From the NCBI GenBank assembly GCA_044376115.1, contig JBILLK010000016.1:32001-96000 (forward strand): DNA of 64,000 nucleotides, written 5' to 3'. The notes under the pieces were generated by a model. That model had not been told where the DNA came from. It ran no database searches and saw only the letters and a list, made by a program, of their open reading frames with translations. Shown here piece after piece: positions 35,531 through 45,259 of the stretch (positions within the stretch are counted from its first letter, which is position 1; each line of letters starts with the position of its first letter). A program made the position numbers and the translations under genes. This DNA is from Polyangiaceae bacterium (GTDB taxonomy: Bacteria > Myxococcota_A > Polyangia > Polyangiales > Polyangiaceae).

Positions 35531-36046
35531 TCAGTTGGATTCAGCGAGCAGGAACTCGACTGCGCTGCGAATGGCTGCTTCATCTGCAGCGTCTCCGCCC
35601 TTGGCCACGAAGCGCACTGTGCCCTTTCGGTCGAGCACGAAGGTTTGCGGCAACTCGTCGACTTGGTAGGCGCCGCGGATGGAGCTTGCAGCGTCATCCA
35701 GCACGTTCGGGTAGCTCACGCCGAGCGACTTGAGCTGACGCTCGACCTGACTCGGGTTGTCGTCGATGGCCACGCCGAATACGGCCAACCCTTCCGCCTT
35801 GTGCTCTTGATTGAGCGCCTGCACGCCGGGGATGATCTTCAAACAGGGTTTGCAGGAGGTGGACCAAAAGTCGATCAGGGTGACTTTGCCCTGGGGCGGG
35901 AAGGCGACCATCTCGCCCTGCAGATCGACCTGCTCCGTCTTGGGTGGCGCCTTGGCCAGGAGCGCATGCGGCTCCGAGGCTGGAAGGCTGGGTGCACAGG
36001 CAGAAAGTGCGCAGGCCGCGAGGCTGAGACGGAGGAAGCTCTTCAC
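35531..36046 (-). CDS. TlpA/ResA-family thiol-disulfide oxidoreductase lipoprotein
   Basis: Lipobox LSAC, IDFWSTSCKPC and LPQTFVLDRKG. Confidence 0.92.
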   Translation of the reverse strand: MKSFLRLSLAACALSACAPSLPASEPHALLAKAPPKTEQVDLQGEMVAFPPQGKVTLIDFWSTSCKPCLKIIPGVQALNQEHKAEGLAVFGVAIDDNPSQVERQLKSLGVSYPNVLDDAASSIRGAYQVDELPQTFVLDRKGTVRFVAKGGDAADEAAIRSAVEFLLAESN

Positions 36047-36102
36047 GCGAGCGACGATAGCGACAACGCGAGCGCCGCGGAACGCCTAAGATCCGCGCGC
36101 GC

Positions 36103-37215
36103 TCAATACGGATCGGCGGGGATGGTCACGCCGTCGGCGGCGGCGAGGGCGAGCGCCTCCGCCGCCGTTTCTCCAGCAGGTAGTTTTACGGTGTCTCCGG
36201 CTTGCAGAGCGAATAGCGACACGTCAGCGAACTCGAGTGGCTGCCCGGCCACGCATTGTGCCGCTGGCGCGCTAGCGCGCAGCAGGTAGACGGTGCCTGC
36301 ACCGAGCACCTCGCTCTGCCCATCCGCGCCGACCCAGAGCGCCGTCCCTTCATCGACGCCAAGCCCAACCATCTGCGTCGAAGCGCCGTCCGAGATCGCT
36401 CGCGCCATGAAGGTGATAAGCCGCCCCATGCGGTCGCGCTCGGCGAAATGCGTGTCGGTGACGACGTCGATCAGCGGCGGAAAACGCAGGAAATCGTACT
36501 CCATCGTCATGTAGCGGTTGAACGGATCGGCCAGCGCTTCATCCGAATAGACGGTGTCATTGAGGGCCGCGAACACAGTGCTACCGAGGATGGCGCAGCC
36601 GGCGCTTGTGCCGCCGATTACGGCGCCGCGGCGCCACGCATTCTGCAGCTCCGCTTCGACAGCGGTTCCTTTCCAAGCCGTCACGTATTCGGCCTGATCC
36701 CCGCCGGCGATGAAGATGGCCTCGGCCTGGGCGAGGCGCTGTGCAACGTAGTCGCTGTTGGCGAACTCGCTGCTCGTCACCAGCAGCGTCTCGACCGAGT
36801 CCGCCCCACCGATATCGGAGTACAAATAATCGCCGTAGCCGTCTCCACCGGAGGTCCGCAAGACCACGACATCTCCGCCGCCAATCAGCGGCACCCAGCG
36901 TTCGAAGGCTGCGTCTACGTCGGGCCCGCCGCCCATCAAGATCAACGCCGGACCGAGCGGCGTGGTCTCGGCGTTCGCGTCGTTCCCCGATAGATGGGTG
37001 ACCAACCCGGCCGGCTTTTCGGCTTCACTTCCGCCTGCGCCGCCGCTCGCGTTGGAGGCGCCGCTCGAGCCTGTGCTCGCTCCGCTGCCGCCCGCGCCGC
37101 CATTCGACGATTGCGCGCTGCCGCCGGAGCCGCTCACGGTTCCCGTTGCGTCATCCGTGCACGCGATCAGCAAGCCGACCACGCACGACAACTGCTTGGC
37201 TGTTGAACATTTCAT
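36103..37215 (-). CDS. Cyanophycinase-like (peptidase S51) lipoprotein
   Basis: MGGG, AGGDQ, GGTSAG (catalytic Ser), DTHFAERDRMGRL and GVDE; lipobox LIAC; ATGA overlap with the vWA gene. Confidence 0.9.
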   Translation of the reverse strand: MKCSTAKQLSCVVGLLIACTDDATGTVSGSGGSAQSSNGGAGGSGASTGSSGASNASGGAGGSEAEKPAGLVTHLSGNDANAETTPLGPALILMGGGPDVDAAFERWVPLIGGGDVVVLRTSGGDGYGDYLYSDIGGADSVETLLVTSSEFANSDYVAQRLAQAEAIFIAGGDQAEYVTAWKGTAVEAELQNAWRRGAVIGGTSAGCAILGSTVFAALNDTVYSDEALADPFNRYMTMEYDFLRFPPLIDVVTDTHFAERDRMGRLITFMARAISDGASTQMVGLGVDEGTALWVGADGQSEVLGAGTVYLLRASAPAAQCVAGQPLEFADVSLFALQAGDTVKLPAGETAAEALALAAADGVTIPADPY

Positions 37216-38396
37216 CGCGGCACGACCTGCGTTTTGCAACCGAACACGACGTCCACCGTGCCCTGATCATCGGCCTGCAGCGTGCTGCAAGTCGACGGAC
37301 ACATCAGGATATTCTGTGGCGCGCTTGGGTTGTCGTAGTACCAGCCGCCTTCCGGTCCGCAGTCGGCTGCGCCGCCGGGGACGTTGAAGATGGGCGTCTG
37401 CTCCGAGCTGCCTCCGGGCGTGTAGTCGACGTTCACCAGCGTTGGGTCCAGCGTTTCCCCCTCGGGCGGGGCTGGGATGGCGTAGTCACACGAAAGCTGC
37501 GAGGAGACGATCACCCCGGTGGCCATGTCATTGAAGATGGGATCGAACTCTTGCGCGCACAGATCGCCGGCGATGCCTCCAGTTTGTTGCACCAGTTCTT
37601 GGTAGGTGACGCCTTCCTCCGCTGCGTACGACTGGCAGCCGAAACCGCCGAAGGTGTGGCAGCAAGGGTTGTTCATCGGGCACGAGAAGCCGAAACAGGC
37701 GAGCGGATCCGAGAAGGCGACGATGGCGTCGAACTTGAAGCCCTGAAAGCTCGGGTCGGTAGCGATCAATTGGCTGCTGAAGGCGCTGGCGCTGAGGTCG
37801 CTCTCGTCGTCGGAGACGACCAGGATGGTCTTTGAGGCGTTGGCACGTAAGGACGGCTGCCACTCGGCGTAGCTGCTCAGGATGACCTGGAAAGCGTCGG
37901 TGCTGTTCACTGTCTGTACGACGTGACGATAGGCCTCGAGCTTGCTGTCGGCGCCGTTGCAAGCTCCGCTGCCGAGCGGCGCAGGAATGCACACCGAGGC
38001 ATCAGCGATCAGCACCACATGAACATCGATGCCGCTACTCAGGATCAGGCTGGCGAAGTTGTTCAAGTTGGCTTGAACCTCGGCGGACTCCTCGCTCATG
38101 CTGCCTGAGGTATCGATGGCGATGATGATGTCAGCGGGCTGCAGCTGGGCTTGCGCGGTGCTCGAGGTGCCGCTGCAGGACTCGAAGCCGCCGACTCCGC
38201 TGTTCGAACTCTGGCTGAAGCCTCCGCCCGTGCCAGGGCCGCCAGCGCCGCTCGCTCCTGCGCCCGGGGAGCCTGCGCCAACTCCCGGCGAACCCACTCC
38301 GCTCGCGTTGCCGCCGGTATTGTCTTCTGTGCCCGCGCCGCAGCCGAGCAGGGAGAATGCGAGCAGCCCGACCAGGGGGAGGGAGTGAGCGGTCAT
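37212..38396 (-). CDS. vWA-domain Cys-rich lipoprotein (CglB-like architecture)
   Basis: Lipobox LLGC, MIDAS DTSGSM...SDD, and C-terminal GWYYD.P..P..I..CP..C......VDVVFGC. Confidence 0.88.
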   Translation of the reverse strand: MTAHSLPLVGLLAFSLLGCGAGTEDNTGGNASGVGSPGVGAGSPGAGASGAGGPGTGGGFSQSSNSGVGGFESCSGTSSTAQAQLQPADIIIAIDTSGSMSEESAEVQANLNNFASLILSSGIDVHVVLIADASVCIPAPLGSGACNGADSKLEAYRHVVQTVNSTDAFQVILSSYAEWQPSLRANASKTILVVSDDESDLSASAFSSQLIATDPSFQGFKFDAIVAFSDPLACFGFSCPMNNPCCHTFGGFGCQSYAAEEGVTYQELVQQTGGIAGDLCAQEFDPIFNDMATGVIVSSQLSCDYAIPAPPEGETLDPTLVNVDYTPGGSSEQTPIFNVPGGAADCGPEGGWYYDNPSAPQNILMCPSTCSTLQADDQGTVDVVFGCKTQVVPR

Positions 38397-38462
38397 TCCG
38401 CAGATTGTACACCGGCAACGATCCTCGTAGGCATCCGCGCGCAATCGTGGAAAGAGGCGCCT

Positions 38463-39206
38463 GTGATCGCCCTGCGCGCCCTTGTCCTGCTGAGCCTTTT
38501 CACCGCTTGTTCCGAAGGTCGGCTCGCTAGCCCCAGCCCCAGCGGCAGTCCAAGCGTGAAGGCCCCGGCGAGCTCGAGTACCCAGCCGAGTCTTGCGACA
38601 AGCAGCGCCGCTAGCTCTTCATCGGCCGGCGCGCCGCTCGCTTCGGCCAGTGCCTCGGCGTTCGCGAGCGGCTCGGCGATGTTGCCACCGCCTGCACCCA
38701 GCGCGCTCGATCTGGCGGCCTTCCCGCAAATGGTCGGGCCCGACGGAGCGACGTTGCCGCAGACTAAAGACCGTCCGGAGCTCACGAGCCCGGCCTTCAA
38801 GCGTCGGCTCGATCTTTTGTGGCAAGCCATCGTCGAGAACGATGCGGCGCTGGCCGAGCCGGCCTTCTTTCCAAAGGCGGCCTACGAGCTGGTGAAGGAC
38901 ATCGAAAAGCCCGGCGCTGATTGGAAGCACCGTTTGCTCAAAGCCTTCGGTCGCAACATCAGCGAGTACCACAAGAAGCTCGGCGACGATCCGAAGGCGC
39001 TCACCTTCCTCGGCCTCGACGTCGACGAGAAGCGGGTCAAGTGGATCGACCGCGGTAAGGAAGGCAACAAGCTCGGCTACTACCGCGTGACGCGCTCCAA
39101 GCTGCGTTACTCCGAGCCTGGTGGAAAAGAGCGCACGCTCGAACTGACCAGCCTGATCTCCTGGCGTGGCGAGTGGTTCGTCGTTCACTTGCACGGCTTC
39201 AAGTGA
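38463..39206 (+). CDS. Hypothetical lipoprotein
   Basis: Lipobox FTAC, a Ser/Ala linker and a globular C-domain ending LISWRGEWFVVHL. Confidence 0.8.
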   Translation: MIALRALVLLSLFTACSEGRLASPSPSGSPSVKAPASSSTQPSLATSSAASSSSAGAPLASASASAFASGSAMLPPPAPSALDLAAFPQMVGPDGATLPQTKDRPELTSPAFKRRLDLLWQAIVENDAALAEPAFFPKAAYELVKDIEKPGADWKHRLLKAFGRNISEYHKKLGDDPKALTFLGLDVDEKRVKWIDRGKEGNKLGYYRVTRSKLRYSEPGGKERTLELTSLISWRGEWFVVHLHGFK

Positions 39207-39227
39207 CGGCGCCTAGACGAACGCCAT

Positions 39228-39255
39228 AAAAAAGGCCCGCTCTTGCGAACGGGCC
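39228..39255 (-). terminator. Intrinsic terminator
   Basis: The minus strand reads GGCCCGTTC-GCAA-GAGCGGGCC-TTTTTT. Confidence 0.85.
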
Positions 39256-39279
39256 ACTCTCGATCCGAGCGATCCGCGA

Positions 39280-39564
39280 TTACTCGCCGCCGCCGGAACC
39301 GCCTTCACCCTCTTCGCCTAGTTCATCGGGGCAAACGTAGGTTTCGGGCGTGGTGCCTTGCAGTGTGCAAGCGCCACCGCAGCTTTCGTGGCAATCCACG
39401 CAATCCGCGAAGCTCTCCGGACTTGCGCTGGAGCTGTTCTGCTCCTGAAGGTCGGTGCAGAACTCGTAGGCTTCTTGCGTCGAATAGCGGTCCTCACAGC
39501 CGACCATCAGGCCGAACGACGCAAACGCGATGACGAGCAAGGTGCGAGCAAAACTGATTTTCAT
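39280..39564 (-). CDS. Small Cys-rich lipoprotein (contains CVDCH)
   Basis: RBS GAGGAGG, lipobox MVGC and six further Cys. Confidence 0.8.
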   Translation of the reverse strand: MKISFARTLLVIAFASFGLMVGCEDRYSTQEAYEFCTDLQEQNSSSASPESFADCVDCHESCGGACTLQGTTPETYVCPDELGEEGEGGSGGGE

Positions 39565-39586
39565 GGTTTGATCCTCCTCGTGGTCA

Positions 39587-40876
39587 TCAGGGGTTGGCCG
39601 GAGCCGCAGCGGGCGCCGGCGTTGGTGCGGGGGCCGGAGCCGGAGCAGGCGCCGGAGCAGGCGCCGGAGCCGGAGCGGGGGCTGGTGCCGGAGCCGGAGC
39701 TGCGGGCGCTCCCGGTTGAGCCGGCGGTGCATTGGGATCGACAGCGCCTGCGGCAGGCTTGTCGCAATCGCAGGGCGGCGGGGGCGGCGGCGGCTCGGGT
39801 GCCTTCGAACCAAAGGCCGCACCGATCGTTAGCAGCAGGTTGTTGGAGACCTGCCACTCGTCGATCAGCAGCGGATCGCGAACGACGCGCAGTTTGTAAC
39901 CGAGCGAGGCCCAGTCGAAGAGCTTCACGTTGAGCCCGGCGATGCCTTCAACGCTGGTCAGCTCGGGCAAGGAGCGATCGTCGCCTGCTGCCAGGTCGCT
40001 GGTTGCGAACGGCACCAAAACGCCGAGACCCACGGTGTACGAAATGCGCTTGGACTCGTCGATGAAGCCCCACGCGTTTGCGATCGCCTCAGCACCAATT
40101 TGGTAGAAGTCGTCGAGTTCTTTGATCTCCACGACCGGCGTCGCGGCGTCGTCGTTGAGGGCGAGGTTGCCCTCGGCGAGCGTCTCCTGTGCACCAACGC
40201 CTGCGCGGATTTCGAGCGTGACCTCGTCCTGCTTGAGCGGCTGGAGGAAGGCGCCGAGCGACTGCTTGAACTGCAGCGGTGCGAAGCCGTCGGTCATGTA
40301 CAGACGACGTCCACGCAGCTCTTGGGCGGTGCCGTCGAGCTTGGCGATCGAGTAGTCGACCGCGGCCGGGCGGATGTCCAAGCTGGGGAACATCTGCGTG
40401 TTCAGCGCCACGCGCGCGTACGGGCCGAAGATCTCGAGCAAGTGCATGAGATAGATCGACTCGAAGTTGAGCCCGTCGCTCGTCTTCACGAACTCGTCCA
40501 GAGCCGGGGTTCGCGTAACGCCAGCGCCGGCCTTGAGCGTCGTGCGCCACTCGTGCATGCCGGTGTTGAACTCGAGGATGGCATCGATGGCGCCGCCCAA
40601 GGTGAGCGTGGTGCCGTCGGCTTGGCCGACGACGCTGCGCGTGTCGACGATGTTGAGCGTGCCACCAATGGCGATGCCAGGGGTCCAGCCCTCGGGCCGT
40701 TTGGAGTCAGTACCTTTTTGAATCGCTTCTGTCTTTGCGGCGGCCGCAGGGCCACCAGCATCTGCTGCGGGCGTGGGAGGTGGAGCGGGAGCTGCAGCCT
40801 GAGCTGAGGCGATTCCCGCGGGGACCAAAAGAGCAAGGCTCAAGAGGGAGGTGAAGCAAGCGTATTGCGTGCGCAC
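39587..40876 (-). CDS. Outer-membrane beta-barrel protein (DUF3078/DUF481-like) with a Pro-Ala tail
   Basis: Signal peptide, FVKTSD.L.FES.Y, amphipathic strands and a C-terminal (PA)n tail; RBS AAGGAG before GTG 40876. Confidence 0.8.
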   Translation of the reverse strand: MRTQYACFTSLLSLALLVPAGIASAQAAAPAPPPTPAADAGGPAAAAKTEAIQKGTDSKRPEGWTPGIAIGGTLNIVDTRSVVGQADGTTLTLGGAIDAILEFNTGMHEWRTTLKAGAGVTRTPALDEFVKTSDGLNFESIYLMHLLEIFGPYARVALNTQMFPSLDIRPAAVDYSIAKLDGTAQELRGRRLYMTDGFAPLQFKQSLGAFLQPLKQDEVTLEIRAGVGAQETLAEGNLALNDDAATPVVEIKELDDFYQIGAEAIANAWGFIDESKRISYTVGLGVLVPFATSDLAAGDDRSLPELTSVEGIAGLNVKLFDWASLGYKLRVVRDPLLIDEWQVSNNLLLTIGAAFGSKAPEPPPPPPPCDCDKPAAGAVDPNAPPAQPGAPAAPAPAPAPAPAPAPAPAPAPAPAPAPTPAPAAAPANP

Positions 40877-40982
40877 GGTGACTCCTTTTGCGGCCACATT
40901 TGCACGCCACGCTCAGCCGTGTCCACTTGGCGGCGGAGTGAGGACCGCACGCCTCATGAGAAGCGGAGTACGCAGTTCGGCG

Positions 40983-42122
40983 TTACTCGCAGAAACCGTC
41001 GATGCAGATGAGCCCGCTGTCGCAGAACGCTTCGGCCGTCGGGTCGCACTCGCCGCCGAGGTTCTGACTCGAGCCGCACACAGGGAACTCGCCGGCGCTG
41101 GTAGTTACCGGCTTGCACTGGTTGAAGGTCGGCAGCCCGTCGCACGCCGTGCCGTTGGGCGCAGCGCAGGAGATGTAGCAAGAATGATGGAGGCAGATCG
41201 ACCCTGCCGCGCAGGCGCCCTGCTCGCCGTCGGTCTCGCAGACGAAGATGCCCGCCTGATCGGCGATGCAGCCGTTCTCGACCCAGACCAGGCCGCTCGC
41301 GCATTGGCCGTCAATCGAGCGGGGGACACAGGCGCCGTCCACGCACACGAGATCGGCGCTCGCGCAGTCGTTGGTGATGCTGCAGCTCGTCGCTGGGGTG
41401 GTGCAAAGCTCAACGCCCGCGGTGCATTCGAACGCGCTGCTGCAGGCTGCGCCGTTGGCGCAGGCGGGCGTGCACTTGCCGTCGGCGCAAACGCTGCCAC
41501 CGGAGCACTGCGTTTGGTCGAAGCATTGGTCGGCGGCGGCGGTGCAAAGTCCGCTGACGCACTTATCCCCGGGGTTGGCGGAGCAGTCAGCATCCTCGCC
41601 GCAAGCCAGCGGGTTCTCGGCCACGCAGCGCGGAATCACCGGCTTGAGATCACAGCTGAAGCCGAAGATGCAGGCGTGCACATCGCAACCACCGGGCTGG
41701 CAGGTGCCGTCGCCAGTGCAGGTCTCGTCAAAGGCGCAATCGTCGGGGTTACCGCAGTAAACGATGGGTGTCGCTCCGCCGGAGCCGCCTGTGCCGCCCG
41801 TCGCTCCAGCTCCCCCGTCTCCGCCAGCTCCGCCAGCCGCGCCGGTGGCTCCGCTGCCTCCGTTGTTGTCGAAGCAGGACGCGTTGCCGTCCACATCGAC
41901 CAAACACACAGCACCGTTGGGACATCCCCAGTTCTGACAGGTGCCCTCGTGGCACTGGTTGTCGCTGCCACAAACCTCACCGCCGACGCACTCCCCGTCG
42001 ACGTTGCAGAAGCGAGGCGTCTCCCCGGTATCCCCACCGCCTTGGTACTCTCCCGACCAAATCGGGCATCCGGCCAAACCGATCGCAAAAAACAGGTGGG
42101 GCAGGAGACGCGTGCTTGCCAT
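40983..42122 (-). CDS. Cys-rich repeat lipoprotein
   Basis: Lipobox LAGC and many C..D.DC....C..G.C units. Confidence 0.85.
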   Translation of the reverse strand: MASTRLLPHLFFAIGLAGCPIWSGEYQGGGDTGETPRFCNVDGECVGGEVCGSDNQCHEGTCQNWGCPNGAVCLVDVDGNASCFDNNGGSGATGAAGGAGGDGGAGATGGTGGSGGATPIVYCGNPDDCAFDETCTGDGTCQPGGCDVHACIFGFSCDLKPVIPRCVAENPLACGEDADCSANPGDKCVSGLCTAAADQCFDQTQCSGGSVCADGKCTPACANGAACSSAFECTAGVELCTTPATSCSITNDCASADLVCVDGACVPRSIDGQCASGLVWVENGCIADQAGIFVCETDGEQGACAAGSICLHHSCYISCAAPNGTACDGLPTFNQCKPVTTSAGEFPVCGSSQNLGGECDPTAEAFCDSGLICIDGFCE

Positions 42123-42161
42123 ATCGGAGCCTTCCTTAAGGAGGTGGTGCTGTCGCAGGAT

Positions 42162-42177
42162 AGCAAGCGATATGCCC
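42162..42177 (-). promoter_or_regulatory. Sigma54 promoter
   Basis: The minus strand reads GGGCAT-ATCGC-TTGCT (GG-N10-GC with a canonical TTGC), upstream of RBS AAGGAAGG and ATG 42122. Confidence 0.7.
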
Positions 42178-42373
42178 ACCCGCACGGCGCTGTTTGCGCG
42201 GCTTTTCATTTGGATGTGAAGCGCGGTTCACGACTGCCCGCGACGTTCACTGCAGCCACCTGGCGCAAACGGCCGAACACCCCTCTGTGCCATTGAAGTT
42301 GGCACGAATCATAGAGTGGGCTGGCAAGGTAAGGTATGGTTCCGCTGCCCTGGGCCAATCGGCCGGGATCCCG

Positions 42374-45259
42374 ATGGACGTTACCTGTTCCCACTGCAAT
42401 ACCGAGTACGAGTTCGACGACGCTCTGGTGTCGGACGCTGGCACGAGCGTGCGCTGCACTCAGTGTGGGCACCGTTTCAAAGTGCGACGCCGTGAAGGGT
42501 CGGCTGCGCCCGAGGTCTGGATCGTGCGAACGGTGGAGGGCCATACCCTCGAGTTTCGCGCGCTGCGCGAGCTAAAGGTCGCCATCGGCAACAAGAAGGT
42601 AGGCCGGGACGACGTGCTTTCACGCGGTTCGGGGCGCCCTCGCAGGCTCGCTTCGATCGCCGAACTCGAGCCGTTTTTTAGCCAACCCGGCGACGCGAAG
42701 GCGCGCAATCCCCGAGAGGCCCCTGGCTCCCCGCGCGGCCGCGCACTCACGCCCTCCGGCCTCGGTCCAGCGGATCCACGCGGCTCCCACTTCGATTTGG
42801 CCGCTTTCGTGCCGAAGAGGGACGGGCCGACGAGCGTCAACGTCCCTCCTCCCACTCCGTCGATCTCCTCGCGCGAGACGAACCCCTTCCTCGACGAGGA
42901 CGAGGTCACGCGATCGCGGCAGTTTACGCGCGAGTTGCGTCAGTTCGGGGACGGCCCTCCCTCCGTTGAGCCGAAGACCGAGCCCGAACCCGCGCGCTTC
43001 CGTGATCAGGACGGGCCTCGCACGATGCTTGGGGTGCCGCAGCTCGCGCCGCCCGCGCCGCCGAGCGATCTGGCGACGACCAAAGCCTTTGGCACGCCGG
43101 TCGAGGCTCGTTCAGTCCCCTCCGTGGTGAATGAGCCTGAGAATGATCGACGTCAGCCGACGCTGATTGGCTTGGAGGCGGCCGCCCAAGCTGCGCTCAC
43201 CGAGCTGGCCGAATCCCGGCCCACCGAACCTGCGCAGGCCGCGTTGATGGCAGCTCTCATCGTCGAGAGCCAGGCCGAACCGCCGACGAAGCCGCGTCGC
43301 CCAGCGGAGCCAACGCCCAACCCGAGCCCGGTCTATGCAGGCGCAGCGGCGCCGGCCGCACCCAAGCCCGCCCCCGCGAAAGCGCCGCTTCCGACACCAA
43401 AGCCGCCGCCGGCCGCAAAACTTCCGCCGCCGCCCGCTGCAAAACTACCGCCGCCGCCCGCTGCGAGTGAACCGCCGGCCGTGAAGGTCGCGACGCCGGT
43501 TCCAAGCGCGCCTGCTCCCGCGCCAAAAGCCGCAACGCCCGCTCCGAAGGCTGCAGCGCCGGCACCCAAAGCGCCGTCCAAGCCTGCCCCGCCGCCTGCT
43601 CCTGCAGCAGAGCCTGTGAATGAAGCGGTCGCGGAGCCGCCGGCCTCGGCGGGGCGGCCCAATGTGCTGCCGCCTGCGCCGGTCGGCGTGACCGCGGTCA
43701 AGCTGCAAGACGAGCCGCCGGTGATTCAGGAGGCGCCGCGGAGCGTGGGGCCGCGCGGTGGGCGAGCCAGCGCCTTCACCCCGACGCCGGCCTCGGAGAT
43801 TCGCTATTCGTTGGCCGACGATCCGGATGCCCGTCCGACCAGCGCCTCCGGTTCGCGTCGTGCAGCCTCCTCGTCGATGCGCTTGATCGTCGCCTTGCTG
43901 ATCGGCGGCAGTCTGATCTTCGTTGGCATCTTGCTGGTGAATCGCTTTGTGCGGCGCGGTAACGTCGAGGCGGGCTCTCAGAACGGCAACGTCGAGGAGC
44001 TGCTGGCCGCGTACGAGAAGGCGCTCGCCGCCGGGGATCTCTCGAGCGCCAGCGAAAAGGCGAATGAGGCGCGCAAACTCGCCGACTCGGAGCCGCGCGT
44101 GGCCAAGGCCGTGGCGAAGGTCGCGGTCGCGAAGGCCGAGCTCGCGTGGTTGGAGTTGCTGCTGCTGCCCAGCGCCGATGCAGGTCGCTCGGTGGTGCAT
44201 CGCCGCTACCAGACCGAGATCGAGGAGGCGCAAAAAGCGACGGAGCGCGCAGCGTTGCTCGCGCCGAACGACGTCGAGGTGGCTCGGTCGGTGCTCGACA
44301 CCAAGCGGATCCTCGGTGATCTGGCCGCAGCTCAGCGTCTCCGCTCTTCGGTGGATAGCGTCGCTTCGGACCCGGAGACCCAGCTTTCGCTCGGGGCGCT
44401 CGAACTCTTGGGCGAGCTGCCTCCAGGGGCCCTCGGTAAACTCGAACGAGCCACCGCCGGCGAAAAGCAGGCCGGCCGCGCACGCTCGATCTACATCTAC
44501 GCTCTTGCCCGAGCGAACGACGCAAAGCGCGCACGGGTGGAGCTCGACGAGCTAGCCAAACTCGCTAAGCCGCACCCGCTCGAAGCCGCCTTGCGCCGCT
44601 TCGTCGAGCGCGTCGAAAAAGGCGAAAAGATCGCCTTCCGCAGCGGAGATGTGCCTACGCCCAAGTCGGCGGAGGCGTCCTCGGTGGATGTGTCAGCGCC
44701 ACTCAAGGCGGCTGAAGATGCGCTCGCGCGCCGCGATTCGAAGAAGGCCGAGGCGCTGTTTCAGCAAGTGCTCGCCGCCGACGCTGAAAACGCCGATGCG
44801 CTCGTGGGTCTCGCGCAGATCGCAAAGCAGACGGGCAACACCAAACAGGCCGTGGCCTTCCTCGAGCGGGCGGTGGCGAAGCACCCGGAGCACGCGAAGG
44901 CGCTGTTGGCTCTGGCGGATGCCAAGTGGGATGGTGGCGAAGCCAACCTCGCCAGGCCGCTTTACCAGCGAGCGCTCGACGGCGGACTGACCGGGGCCGG
45001 AGTCGAGCGCGCCAAAACGCGTGCCACCGCGGCGGCCGTTGCCACTGGCGGCACCGTGCCTCCCGACGTCCCCACCGCTCCGACGACGACCGCGACCACC
45101 ACCAGCGAGCCGCTTCCAACGTCTCCAACGTCGACGACGCCTCCGCCGTTTGGCCAAGATCCTCCGCCGTTCGGCCAAGATCCGCCGCCACCACCGAAGG
45201 ATCCGCCGCCGCCGCCACCACCGGCTCCGACCAACACCGTTCCAGGAGCCCCGCTGTGA
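42374..45259 (+). CDS. MJ0042-type zinc-ribbon / Pro-rich / TM / TPR protein
   Basis: CSHC...CTQC ribbon, a GYF_2-like segment, a long Pro-rich linker, one TM helix and periplasmic TPRs. Confidence 0.88.
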   Translation: MDVTCSHCNTEYEFDDALVSDAGTSVRCTQCGHRFKVRRREGSAAPEVWIVRTVEGHTLEFRALRELKVAIGNKKVGRDDVLSRGSGRPRRLASIAELEPFFSQPGDAKARNPREAPGSPRGRALTPSGLGPADPRGSHFDLAAFVPKRDGPTSVNVPPPTPSISSRETNPFLDEDEVTRSRQFTRELRQFGDGPPSVEPKTEPEPARFRDQDGPRTMLGVPQLAPPAPPSDLATTKAFGTPVEARSVPSVVNEPENDRRQPTLIGLEAAAQAALTELAESRPTEPAQAALMAALIVESQAEPPTKPRRPAEPTPNPSPVYAGAAAPAAPKPAPAKAPLPTPKPPPAAKLPPPPAAKLPPPPAASEPPAVKVATPVPSAPAPAPKAATPAPKAAAPAPKAPSKPAPPPAPAAEPVNEAVAEPPASAGRPNVLPPAPVGVTAVKLQDEPPVIQEAPRSVGPRGGRASAFTPTPASEIRYSLADDPDARPTSASGSRRAASSSMRLIVALLIGGSLIFVGILLVNRFVRRGNVEAGSQNGNVEELLAAYEKALAAGDLSSASEKANEARKLADSEPRVAKAVAKVAVAKAELAWLELLLLPSADAGRSVVHRRYQTEIEEAQKATERAALLAPNDVEVARSVLDTKRILGDLAAAQRLRSSVDSVASDPETQLSLGALELLGELPPGALGKLERATAGEKQAGRARSIYIYALARANDAKRARVELDELAKLAKPHPLEAALRRFVERVEKGEKIAFRSGDVPTPKSAEASSVDVSAPLKAAEDALARRDSKKAEALFQQVLAADAENADALVGLAQIAKQTGNTKQAVAFLERAVAKHPEHAKALLALADAKWDGGEANLARPLYQRALDGGLTGAGVERAKTRATAAAVATGGTVPPDVPTAPTTTATTTSEPLPTSPTSTTPPPFGQDPPPFGQDPPPPPKDPPPPPPPAPTNTVPGAPL

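Noticed and set aside
42300..42315. TGGCACG upstream of the Zn-ribbon gene as a sigma54 promoter
   Set aside because: The -12 position reads AG rather than GC.
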